DNA of 64,000 nucleotides from an uncultured Collinsella sp. (lineage in GTDB: Bacteria; Actinomycetota; Coriobacteriia; Coriobacteriales; Coriobacteriaceae), in NCBI GenBank assembly GCA_963559095.1, contig CAUWJG010000008.1, forward strand, positions 1,342 through 65,341, read 5' to 3'. The notes beneath the pieces were generated by a model that saw only the letters and a program-made list of their open reading frames with translations, was not told the origin of the DNA and did not search any database. Positions 20,901 to 29,771 of this stretch are shown piece by piece. Each line of letters begins with the position of its first letter. Within the stretch, counting starts at the first letter, position 1. Position numbers and translations under genes: made by a program.

Positions 20901-21833
20901 CTACGCTGCGGTGTCCGCGTGCAGATAGGCGGCAATGAGGTTTTCGTAGTACATGCGGTCGGCGCGCGGTGCGTCCATGTTGCAAGCCGCCTCGCTGAGG
21001 CCATAGAGCATGGCGCGCTCAAAGAGGTCCACGTGCTCCAGTGCATCCGTTGCCGACTGGGGGTTCTGGGCGTCCGTCCGCTCCAGACGTTCGAGCAGGC
21101 TGGCTGTGTCCGACGTGGCTTTGGGTGCTTGGGCGAGCGCATCTGCCTCTCGTTGCCAGCCCTGAAAGAGAGGCTCCCACGGTGCTGTGAGCGCCCGACA
21201 TGCCTGGGCTGCGGCAAGTCCGGATGTGCGCTTGCAGATGCGATAGCGTCGATACGCCTCGAGTGTCTCGTCCTCCTCGGGTGTAAAGCCGCGCTGGCCC
21301 TCGGAGCGCAGATGCTCGTACGGCTTGGCACCGTCGGGGATGCGCCTGAGGTTGGTGGGTGTGGCGAGGCCCTTGTTGAACGTGGGCGCCACAAGCACAT
21401 CGTTATCGCGCAGCAACATGCGCAGTCCTTGGTAACCCGTGCCGATGCTTGAGCAGATATGGTCGATTGTGCTGATATCGCTCCGTTCAAGTTCGTAGCC
21501 GAACAGATCGTGCAGGGTCGCGATGTTGTAGTCTCCGCCGCCGAAGTACATGCTCAGCATCAGCAGGCAGAGGGTCAAAAATTTGACGGCGTCTTCTTCG
21601 TGCCCGCGCAGATACAGGTTTGCCTGGTTATTGCCAATGGAGAACGTCGAGATGAATGCGCGCGCGATTACCGTCGCCTCAGTCGCATTTCGCAGCGCTG
21701 GTATCAGGTCGCTGCGCGTGGTGGCGCTCTCGGCGAACGTGGGTGGGCGGTGCCGAAAGACCGGATCCTGTGCAACGCACTGCAGGAATTGGCGGTGGCG
21801 GTCCATGAAATCATGTTGCAGGTTGAGGAGCAT
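20901..21833 (-). CDS. Hypothetical protein, possibly related to the all-alpha domain of VirD4-like proteins
   Basis: AAAGGA RBS before ATG 21833; helical pattern that recalls the middle of the neighbouring ATPase; no Walker motifs. Confidence 0.55.
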   Translation of the reverse strand: MLLNLQHDFMDRHRQFLQCVAQDPVFRHRPPTFAESATTRSDLIPALRNATEATVIARAFISTFSIGNNQANLYLRGHEEDAVKFLTLCLLMLSMYFGGGDYNIATLHDLFGYELERSDISTIDHICSSIGTGYQGLRMLLRDNDVLVAPTFNKGLATPTNLRRIPDGAKPYEHLRSEGQRGFTPEEDETLEAYRRYRICKRTSGLAAAQACRALTAPWEPLFQGWQREADALAQAPKATSDTASLLERLERTDAQNPQSATDALEHVDLFERAMLYGLSEAACNMDAPRADRMYYENLIAAYLHADTAA

Positions 21834-21843
21834 GGGAGTCCTT

Positions 21844-22077
21844 TCAGAGGGGATTGGCATCGGCGTTGGGGATGGGCAGGCCGGCTCGGGCGGCGGCGAG
21901 TTGTTCCTCGGTCCAATCGAGTCGCCAGACGCTCTCGGCAAAGCTCGCCTCCACCTGATGCAGGGGTATGGCCACGAACTGATGCAGGTCGGTGCGCATG
22001 CCTGCAATGGTTGCCAGCGCAAAGAGCAGCAGGATGCCGGCGATGGTGGGGATGTGGCGGTAGCGTTCGTGTGACAT
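21844..22077 (-). CDS. Small protein with a single N-terminal TM helix (77 aa)
   Basis: GGAG RBS; MSHERYRHIPTIAGILLLFALATIAG; stop lies 10 bp before the next start. Confidence 0.6.
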   Translation of the reverse strand: MSHERYRHIPTIAGILLLFALATIAGMRTDLHQFVAIPLHQVEASFAESVWRLDWTEEQLAAARAGLPIPNADANPL

Positions 22078-22214
22078 GGGGCTCCAATCGCGAGAGAGAT
22101 GATTGATGGCTGGGATGTTGACTGTGCGCCGGAGATTCGTTTCGGGGTTGTATGCGAGGCGAGCATGCTCAGCAGGCGCGGAGGTACTCAACCGACGCTG
22201 CGTGTCCACCGCGG

Positions 22215-23039
22215 CTAATTTCTGCGCTGCGAGGCGAGGCAGATGAGGGTGAAGAGCAAGATGATGGGCGCCACGATGATGCCCAGGGCCAGCGTTGCGC
22301 TCACAAGCGCTGCGATGCACAGCAGTGGGATGAGGATTGCGTTTGCAAAGATCCCCGCTGTGATGACGACCCAGCGCATGACGCCGTTGCGGCGGGTGAA
22401 TCGATGCGCCAACATGGCGACATGTTGAAAGATGCGGAAGTACCACTTGCTTGCAGTGACGTGGCGTTTGCGGGCGTACCAGCTGGTTGCGAGCACGCTG
22501 ACGGCAAGCAGCGGTGCGCCGGGGAAGAGGGGGAACATGATGGCCGCCTTGACGGGGGAGTCCTTGGTGAACCACAGCGCGTCGAGGGTGGTGCCGTACT
22601 GCAGGATGCGCCATGAGCACCCCAGCATGAAACCAACGCCCACGCCGATGGCCGATATCCATAGCAGCGCGGTGTGGGCGCGGACAATCCAGGTGCTACA
22701 GGTGCGACTGCTCAGCAAGCGTTCGGCGGCGATATAGAGATCCAGTGCCAGATAGGCGATGACAAGCGCCAACAGCAGCACATGTGCCGGGTCGATGGCA
22801 TATGAGGTGTGAGCCAGCTCCCATGCATGGGCAAGGAACGCATCGAGGGTGATGCTCTGAGTTACCTCGGCCCAGACATATTCGCCGAGCAGCAAGTATT
22901 CCGGCATGGGCGCGGTGAGTGGCAGCACGAGCACCAGCATTGCGGCCGCCGCGATGAGTGGCAGGCAATAGCGAGCAAAGAGGATCGCACGTGCCTGTTG
23001 ATTGTAATTGGCGGCGATGCCGTTCATGCGGTATTCCAT
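22215..23039 (-). CDS. Multi-pass membrane protein of unknown function
   Basis: AAAAGGAG RBS; 5-6 hydrophobic segments. Confidence 0.7.
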   Translation of the reverse strand: MEYRMNGIAANYNQQARAILFARYCLPLIAAAAMLVLVLPLTAPMPEYLLLGEYVWAEVTQSITLDAFLAHAWELAHTSYAIDPAHVLLLALVIAYLALDLYIAAERLLSSRTCSTWIVRAHTALLWISAIGVGVGFMLGCSWRILQYGTTLDALWFTKDSPVKAAIMFPLFPGAPLLAVSVLATSWYARKRHVTASKWYFRIFQHVAMLAHRFTRRNGVMRWVVITAGIFANAILIPLLCIAALVSATLALGIIVAPIILLFTLICLASQRRN

Positions 23040-23169
23040 CAGAGGCTCCTTTTGGAAATAATTTTCCGTACAACTGGAGTATGGCACAAGTGAACCAAAA
23101 ACGGAATTGAATTTCCAAAAGTTTTAAACGCTGCAAAAAGGGAGCGTGTGCGGAAGGGGTCCGCGAACG

Positions 23170-24858
23170 CTAGAGCAGGGTGCGTTTGAGACTCTGCAGG
23201 CGCTGGCTCTCGTTGAGCGATGCTTCATACGCTTGCTGTTTGCCGCGGTAGCGTGCAATGAAGCGCTGTTGCTCGGCGCGATTGGGAACGGGGATGCGCA
23301 TGCGCCGCACGTCGCCCGAGGAGAGTTGAGGTATGGAGGCGCCGTGCGCGCTGGTGCGCAGCAGTGCCTGTCCCTCATCCGTGGATAAGAAAGCCAACAG
23401 GAATTCCGGAAGGCATGCGCCATCGTGTTTGGGCGTGAGGCTAAACGCGCTATCGGCCAGCACGGCGCTACATACATCACGCCAGACAGGCTGGACCGCC
23501 TCGGGATCGCTCGGATCAAAGCAGGGCTCTTCGCATGGCATGACGAGCGCGATTTTAAACGGAATGCCCGTGCGCGCCAGCAAGAGGTGGGTCTCGTCGT
23601 CGGAAAGGACCTTGAGGCTCTTGAGCTCGCCCGAATCGTGCTCACCCAAATCGTAGACATCGGGTTGGCCAACGATCTTCGCGACATGCTCCACTGGCAT
23701 GGATTGCCCATCAACGAAGGGCTTGAGGGATAGATAGTAGTGATCGTGAGGGGCATAGAGCTGCGGGTCGATGTTTCCCGTGGTTGATGCAAGGGTTTCG
23801 AGGGTCTTGCGCGGCGTGCCGCGTTGAACGGTGAAATGGTTGCCGAGTTCTTCGTAGTTTTCCCGACTGAAGGCGCGAGAAACGTATGAGAACGGCATGA
23901 GAGACCAGGTGTCGGCGGCCAGCTGCTCGGTCGTCCTCTGCAATGCCCAGGGTGTATCGAGCGATGCACTGTTGTCGCGCCCGGCCACGACCGCATCGAG
24001 CAGCGTGTCGAATGCAAAGCCGTCAAATGGGCGGTCAAGCAGGCCGTTAGCGTTGGCGGAGACGGGGCGGTTATTGCATTGCGGCTCTCCGACCGACGTA
24101 TCGGTGAGGTGGCTGCCATCGAGGAAGGATACGTGGCTGTTGTTGTGACTCAAAACGATGAGGGCGCTATCCATCGGCGCCTGCGCGGCTGTAAACGGAA
24201 GCTTGGGCAGCAAAATGACGCGTTCAATGAGATGGAGGCCGAGCAGGAGCTCGCGATCGGACTTCATGCGCGCCAAATTGAGCAAGCGGCTGGGCACCCG
24301 CACAACGGCACGGCCGCGTGGCCCGCACGCGCACAACGCGGCGTAGAGATAGTACCACTCGGGTGCGGTGGGGGTGTGCGCCGCGAGGGCATGGTACTCG
24401 GGTGAGCTGGCGGCCAGGGAGGCGAGCATGCGATCGGCGGTCGCGCGATAGTCGAACTTGCTCATGGGGCCGTTGATGGGCGGTCGGCAATAGGCCCGTG
24501 CGCTCTCGGGGTCGTGCTCATGGTGCGGTTGCGAAACATAGGTGAACACATCGCAGCACACAGAATGAAAGTGCGTTGCGTCAACGCCGTGGTAGGCGAG
24601 TGGGCGGTCGGCTGTTTCGTCTCCATCGTCAAGAGAGGAGCGCATGGATGCCGGTGTGCGATCGATGCCGATGTAGCACCCCTGCGGGTTATACCGAGAT
24701 AGCTCATCAAGCTGCCTGAGGTCGCGGCTGCAGAGTTCTATGACCGTGGGCGCCGCGGTGCGGTTGAGGCCGAGCAGTTCGGCGATGAGAGGGGCGAGCA
24801 CCGTTTCCGGACTGGGTGCGATGTAGCGTACAGCTCGCTTGGGATGCGTGGGGGTCAC
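23170..24858 (-). CDS. Degenerate N6-adenine DNA methyltransferase (HsdM-like) fused to a single type I target-recognition domain (HsdS-like)
   Basis: HsdM-like order of segments (GRAVVRVP, IERVILLP, SALIVL, VSFLDGS) with motif I as ELCSRDL and motif IV as RPPI; C-terminus PEFL..FL...GASIPQLS..DVRRMRIPVP..EQQ typical of S subunits; TAAGGAG RBS. Confidence 0.75.
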   Translation of the reverse strand: MTPTHPKRAVRYIAPSPETVLAPLIAELLGLNRTAAPTVIELCSRDLRQLDELSRYNPQGCYIGIDRTPASMRSSLDDGDETADRPLAYHGVDATHFHSVCCDVFTYVSQPHHEHDPESARAYCRPPINGPMSKFDYRATADRMLASLAASSPEYHALAAHTPTAPEWYYLYAALCACGPRGRAVVRVPSRLLNLARMKSDRELLLGLHLIERVILLPKLPFTAAQAPMDSALIVLSHNNSHVSFLDGSHLTDTSVGEPQCNNRPVSANANGLLDRPFDGFAFDTLLDAVVAGRDNSASLDTPWALQRTTEQLAADTWSLMPFSYVSRAFSRENYEELGNHFTVQRGTPRKTLETLASTTGNIDPQLYAPHDHYYLSLKPFVDGQSMPVEHVAKIVGQPDVYDLGEHDSGELKSLKVLSDDETHLLLARTGIPFKIALVMPCEEPCFDPSDPEAVQPVWRDVCSAVLADSAFSLTPKHDGACLPEFLLAFLSTDEGQALLRTSAHGASIPQLSSGDVRRMRIPVPNRAEQQRFIARYRGKQQAYEASLNESQRLQSLKRTLL

Positions 24859-25051
24859 AGGGGCTCCTTATATGCCGCGCGCGCCAAGTGTGCGGTGCCA
24901 AGTGGCGCATCAAAATGGAAACGCATATCCGTTAGGATAGGTATCCATGATACACCGAAGCGCGGCGGCGGGTGAGTATCGGCCGCGTTGGGCGGGTCAT
25001 GCGGCAGATGGTTCGCCCAGCTGCGGCGGCGCTGTTAGCACCGTGTTGCCC

Positions 25052-26017
25052 CTAACTCTGCCAGAAATGCTGGGTGAGTTCCTCGCGCGAGGAGCAGCCG
25101 CTCTTCTTGAGAATGTTGTGCACATGCGTTTTGACCGTGCCGACGGCCAAAAACAGCTCTTCGGCGATAGCCGTGTTGCTTTTGCCGGACAAGACCAGGT
25201 GGAGCACTTCGGCCTCTCGGTTCGAAAGCCCGTGCGCCTCGCGGAAAAACGGCATCTGCTCATCGATATGGCGATCCAAATCGTGGACATCTTCGGCCAC
25301 CGGTGCTTCCTTCATGCGGATGGACAGCACGTGGAAGGCGTAGCGCACCAGAATCAGGGCGAAGAAGCACACGAGCAGGTTCTCGGTAAAGTTGCGCTCG
25401 GACAGGTAGAGCGTGAGCCAGTCGGGATGCGTGTTGATCGGGGAGATCAGAATCACAACGGTGTCCTCGGCAAGGACGAGCAGCGTGAGCACCAGGATAA
25501 TGAAGTAGGGGAGCTTCAGGGCGCTGAGGCGCGCACGGTATTGCTCGTCGGTGCTTCGCACGTAGCACAGGGCCGCGTAGCCCATGGTGAAGAGCGAGAA
25601 CGCTTGGCGCAGGCTGTAGTACAGCCACTGGCGCCACGGTCCCTCGGGAAGGGCGACGAGCACAATGATGTTCAGGATGGCGAATACCGCAAGTGGCGTG
25701 ACGAACAGGCGCTTGGAGGTGCGGTCGAGAATGTCGAGCGCGATGAGCCACATGCTCGCCTGCAACACGATTACCACGATGGTGCGCGCAGCGGGCCAGG
25801 CGATGGAGTAGTACTCCTCGGTGGGAAACGGAATATTCTGCGAGAGATATTCGTAAAAGAAGATCTCGGTGATCTCGATGGCGTAGCAGCTAAACGCCAC
25901 GGCACTATATATAAAGAGGCGTCGTCGACAGGAGGCGAATGCGGCCACGGACGTCACGGCGCTTACCGCACAGACGCCCAAGATGAACAGGGTGTAGAAG
26001 AAAAACAATGAGTTCAT
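25052..26017 (-). CDS. aguR: Membrane-bound LuxR-family regulator, AguR-like
   Basis: About 7 TM segments plus C-terminal LSNREAEVL..GKSNTAIAEELFLAVGTVKTHVHNI; divergent from the agu operon. Confidence 0.75.
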   Translation of the reverse strand: MNSLFFFYTLFILGVCAVSAVTSVAAFASCRRRLFIYSAVAFSCYAIEITEIFFYEYLSQNIPFPTEEYYSIAWPAARTIVVIVLQASMWLIALDILDRTSKRLFVTPLAVFAILNIIVLVALPEGPWRQWLYYSLRQAFSLFTMGYAALCYVRSTDEQYRARLSALKLPYFIILVLTLLVLAEDTVVILISPINTHPDWLTLYLSERNFTENLLVCFFALILVRYAFHVLSIRMKEAPVAEDVHDLDRHIDEQMPFFREAHGLSNREAEVLHLVLSGKSNTAIAEELFLAVGTVKTHVHNILKKSGCSSREELTQHFWQS

Positions 26018-26363
26018 GCCGTGTTTGCCTCCCATTTCAACCACGTCACGGAGCCTAATTGTAGTTGCCCGCGCAGTTTTGCGCGAACGTCTGGGGGGGG
26101 GTCGCTCATAGATTTACACAACATGGGCACACGTCTGCTCCAGGGGCTCTACCCGTCTCTACCCATAGGGTAGAGGGTGCCCGCAAGGGGGCAGCGCGCG
26201 AATATATCCCTCCTGTTCATGCGTAGCGGAGCGTGTGCCGGTTGCGCCGTGAGGCGGCCGCGCCGGGAAAAATGTAACCCGAGACGGGCATCGCAAAACG
26301 TCTCGGCTCCGCTGAACGGTTGAAGCAAAAGGCAACATTTTTATACGCAGGCGTTTGACCTGC

Positions 26364-26424
26364 GGGTTTAAGAGGGTTTAGACGGGGTGTGTTTCCGTGA
26401 ACGGAACTTAAACTCACCTAAACT
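26364..26424. promoter_or_regulatory. Candidate AguR binding sites upstream of aguB
   Basis: GGGTTTA twice at 10-bp spacing, then inverted TAAACT twice at 10-bp spacing. Confidence 0.4.
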
Positions 26425-26619
26425 GGCGCCGCCGGGCTGCGGTGGACATGATGAAGCTACAGCGAGCGGAGGTTCAGCCGAGCCTTTCGGGCGCGGTCGC
26501 GGGGTTGCTCAAACTCCCTCGGGCCGTCCAAGCGAAAAAGCGCGCACGAGCGTCCCATCGCGCCATGGTCATATGCCCCGGCACAAGGAAGACCGGGGAC
26601 GGTTGCTAAGGAGGCACCA

Positions 26620-27696
26620 ATGGTTAAGGACTTCATCGACACCAATGATTTCACCAAGGAGGAGATCCTGGCGATTGAGGATTTGGGTCTCGCCATGAAG
26701 AAGGCCATCAAGGTCGATGGTTTCTATCCGCACCTGCTCCGCAACAAGAGCCTCGGCATGATCTTCCAGCAGGTGTCCACCCGCACTCGCCTGTCCTTCG
26801 AGACCGCCATGTGCGACCTGGGCGGCCACGCCCAGTTCTACGGCCCTGGCACCATCCAGCTCGGTGGTCATGAGTCCCTCGGTGACACCGCCCGCGTTAT
26901 GGGCGACCTGCTCGACATCATGATGGCCCGCGTCGACCGCCACAAGGATGTTGCCGGCCTGGCCGCCGGCTCCGCCGTGCCCGTGATCAACGGCATGTCC
27001 GAGTTCAACCATCCCACGCAGGAGATGGGCGACCTCATGACCATGCTCGAGAACCTGCCCGAGGGCAAGAAGATCGAGGATTGCACCCTGGCCTTCATCG
27101 GCGACGCCACCCAGGTCTGCCTCTCCCTCATGTTCATCTGCTCCAAGATCGGCATGAAGTTCGTGCAGTTCGGGCCAAAGGGCCATCAGATTTGCGACGG
27201 CGCCCTGCATGTGGGTACGCCCGAGGAGCGCGCCGAGTTCGGCAAGAAGCTCATGGAGATCGGCGAGGAGAACTGCAAGGTCTCCGGCGGCTCCATCGTG
27301 ATCTCCGATGACATCGAGTGCATCAAGGGCGCCGACTTCATCTACACCGACGTGTGGTACGGCCTGTACGACGAGGAGGTCGAGGGCGAGAACTACATGG
27401 ACGTCTTCTACCCCAAGTATCAGGTCACCATGGACATGATGAACTTCGCCAGCCCCAACTCCAAGTTCATGCACTGCCTGCCGGCCACCCGCAACGAGGA
27501 GGTCGTGGACGAGGTCATGGACGATCCCGAGCGCTCCCTGTGCTGGGTCGAGGCCGAGAACCGCAAGCACTCCATCCGCGCCCTGCTGGCCGCTCTTGGT
27601 GCCCGCACTCCGCTCAACGACGAGGACGTCGAGTACTCCGCCAAGGCCGAGCTGCACGCCGCGCTCGACAAGATCAACGAGCTCCAGGGCCGCTAA
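26620..27696 (+). CDS. aguB: Putrescine carbamoyltransferase
   Basis: STRTR, HPTQ, HCLP transcarbamylase motifs plus the PTC-type DVWYGLY loop; adjacent to agmatine deiminase. Confidence 0.92.
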   Translation: MVKDFIDTNDFTKEEILAIEDLGLAMKKAIKVDGFYPHLLRNKSLGMIFQQVSTRTRLSFETAMCDLGGHAQFYGPGTIQLGGHESLGDTARVMGDLLDIMMARVDRHKDVAGLAAGSAVPVINGMSEFNHPTQEMGDLMTMLENLPEGKKIEDCTLAFIGDATQVCLSLMFICSKIGMKFVQFGPKGHQICDGALHVGTPEERAEFGKKLMEIGEENCKVSGGSIVISDDIECIKGADFIYTDVWYGLYDEEVEGENYMDVFYPKYQVTMDMMNFASPNSKFMHCLPATRNEEVVDEVMDDPERSLCWVEAENRKHSIRALLAALGARTPLNDEDVEYSAKAELHAALDKINELQGR

Positions 27697-27897
27697 GTAG
27701 CCTCTCTTTCGTGCGCGGCGGCGCGTCTCTCCATCTGCGCGCCGCCGCGTCCTTCTACGTAGGGCGGATGCTCGTCTCCTGCCCTGCGTGCGATGCGATT
27801 CGCTTCCCGCGTTTGCCGGGGGCGGTCCATTGCGAACCGCGCGCATCGTTTCGATGGCGTGCGGGACACATTGATTTGACCGAGCAAAGGAAACCTT

Positions 27898-29328
27898 ATG
27901 AGCGAAACAAAGAAGAAGCTCTCTTTTTGGACGGTTATTGCAACCGTCATCTGCGTCGTATTCGTGTGTGAAGCCGCGGCGCCTGCTGCTGCCATTGGCA
28001 ACCAGCAGTTCTTCTGGTGGGTCTTTCTGATCCTCACCTTCTTGCTGCCCTATGGCATGATCGTGGCCGAGCTGGGCACGACCTACGACGGCGAGGGCGG
28101 CATCTATGACTGGGTGCGCGACGGCCTTGGCGATAAATGGGGCGCCCGCATCTCCTTCTATTACTGGATCAACTACCCCTTCTGGATCGCCTCGCTGGCA
28201 ACGATGTTCCCCGATATTCTGGGCATGGTGTTCGGCGTGGAGTTTGACCTGGTGGTAAAGCTTGTCATCGAGCTGGCCTTCGTGTGGATCGTCTACCTCA
28301 TGGGCCGTTCCAAGGCGGCCGACTCCGAGTGGGTCTTGAATGGCGGCGCGCTGATCAAGGTGGCCGTGGCCGTGGTCGTGGGCGCGCTGGGCATCTGGTA
28401 CGCCATGGAGAACGGTTTTGCCTCCGATATGAGCCCGGCTACCTTCCTGCCTGAGCTCACCAACACCAACGCGTTGGGCTACCTGTCCATCATCATCTTC
28501 AACTTCATGGGCTTCGAGGTCATCTGCACCATGACCGATGACATGGCCGACCCCAAGAAGGACATCCCCAAGGCCATCATCATGGGCGGCCTGGCCATCG
28601 CGGTGATTTACCTGTTCGCTGGTTTCGGCATCGGTGCGGCCATCCCGGCCGAGCAGATCGACCCGGACTACGGCATGATCTACGCCCTGCAGACCATGGT
28701 GGGCGACTCCTGGATCTTCAAGGTCGTGTGCATCGCGTTCCTCATCACGCTGTTCGCCAATATGGCCGCTTGGTCCTTTGGCGTCAACTCCGTGGCCCGC
28801 TATGCCGCCGAGCACGGCAACATGCCCAAGGTGTTCGCGTCCATGATCTCCAAGGACGACATGCCCAACGGTGCCAACCTCGTGAATGCCGTCGTGGCCT
28901 CGCTGGTGCTGGCGTTACAGCTCGTGCCGATCCCGGCCATCTCCGAGGGTATCTTCTGGATGCTCTTTGGCACCTCCGTGGTGTTTTTGCTACTCACCTA
29001 CATCCCGATGTTCCCGGCCTTCCTCAAGCTGCGCAAAAACGACCCGAATCGCGAGCGCGTGTTCTCCTTTCCCTTCAAGGGCGCGATGATGAAGGTCGCC
29101 CTGGCGGTGCCTTGCATCGAGCTGGTGCTCGCCATCGTGGCGACGCTGGTGCCGCTGTCTGGTGCTGAGGTTGCCGAGAAGGTGCCGATGCTCGTCATGT
29201 TCCTGGTGCTGCTGGGGATCGGTGAGGTCGTACGTGTGTGGAGCGCTCGCGGCCGCAAGGAGGAGTACAAGGGGCTGACGCCTGAGTTGGCCGCTGCCCG
29301 TCTCGCCGCCGAATCCGAGGAAGTCTAG
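27898..29328 (+). CDS. aguD: Agmatine/putrescine antiporter (APC family)
   Basis: About 12 TMs; AELGTTY.GEGGIYDWV and GFE motifs; lies between aguB and aguA. Confidence 0.88.
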   Translation: MSETKKKLSFWTVIATVICVVFVCEAAAPAAAIGNQQFFWWVFLILTFLLPYGMIVAELGTTYDGEGGIYDWVRDGLGDKWGARISFYYWINYPFWIASLATMFPDILGMVFGVEFDLVVKLVIELAFVWIVYLMGRSKAADSEWVLNGGALIKVAVAVVVGALGIWYAMENGFASDMSPATFLPELTNTNALGYLSIIIFNFMGFEVICTMTDDMADPKKDIPKAIIMGGLAIAVIYLFAGFGIGAAIPAEQIDPDYGMIYALQTMVGDSWIFKVVCIAFLITLFANMAAWSFGVNSVARYAAEHGNMPKVFASMISKDDMPNGANLVNAVVASLVLALQLVPIPAISEGIFWMLFGTSVVFLLLTYIPMFPAFLKLRKNDPNRERVFSFPFKGAMMKVALAVPCIELVLAIVATLVPLSGAEVAEKVPMLVMFLVLLGIGEVVRVWSARGRKEEYKGLTPELAAARLAAESEEV

Positions 29329-29771
29329 GCACCTCACCTCAGGCTTCAATCGTCGGGCGCCGCACGTTAGGCGTGCGCCCTCCTCTTTCAGCCCGATTTG
29401 AGGCACCTATGCTTCCTCGGGCGGAGCGCGAGGGCTCCAACCCTCCTCGCGTACGCGAGTACGCTTCGTCGGGCTTGTCGCTCCCAATCTGGGGCACCCG
29501 AGCCTCCTCGGGGGCGAGCCTCAGTGAGTGGACACCCCAGTTCTATCCCTTCGATGTTCGTTTGCCGCCGAGGCACGCACGATGTCTCCCGTGCCCCGGC
29601 TGGCGTCAGGCGGACCCCGCCACAGGGTCAGCGCCGCTGCCCGTTTCCGTCGGTTGCCCGCGCGGTGTGCTGCGCGCGGGCAACCGGGGCAGGTGGTCCG
29701 CCGTATGTTCGGTAGTATCGGGAGGCGCCGCTTCCCGATAAAAGATCGTTTGCGATTTGGAGGTTTTCATC

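Noticed and set aside
18532-24858. Complete ICE or functional type I R-M system
   Set aside because: No relaxase, VirB4, integrase, att repeats or HsdR seen, and the MTase catalytic motifs are altered.
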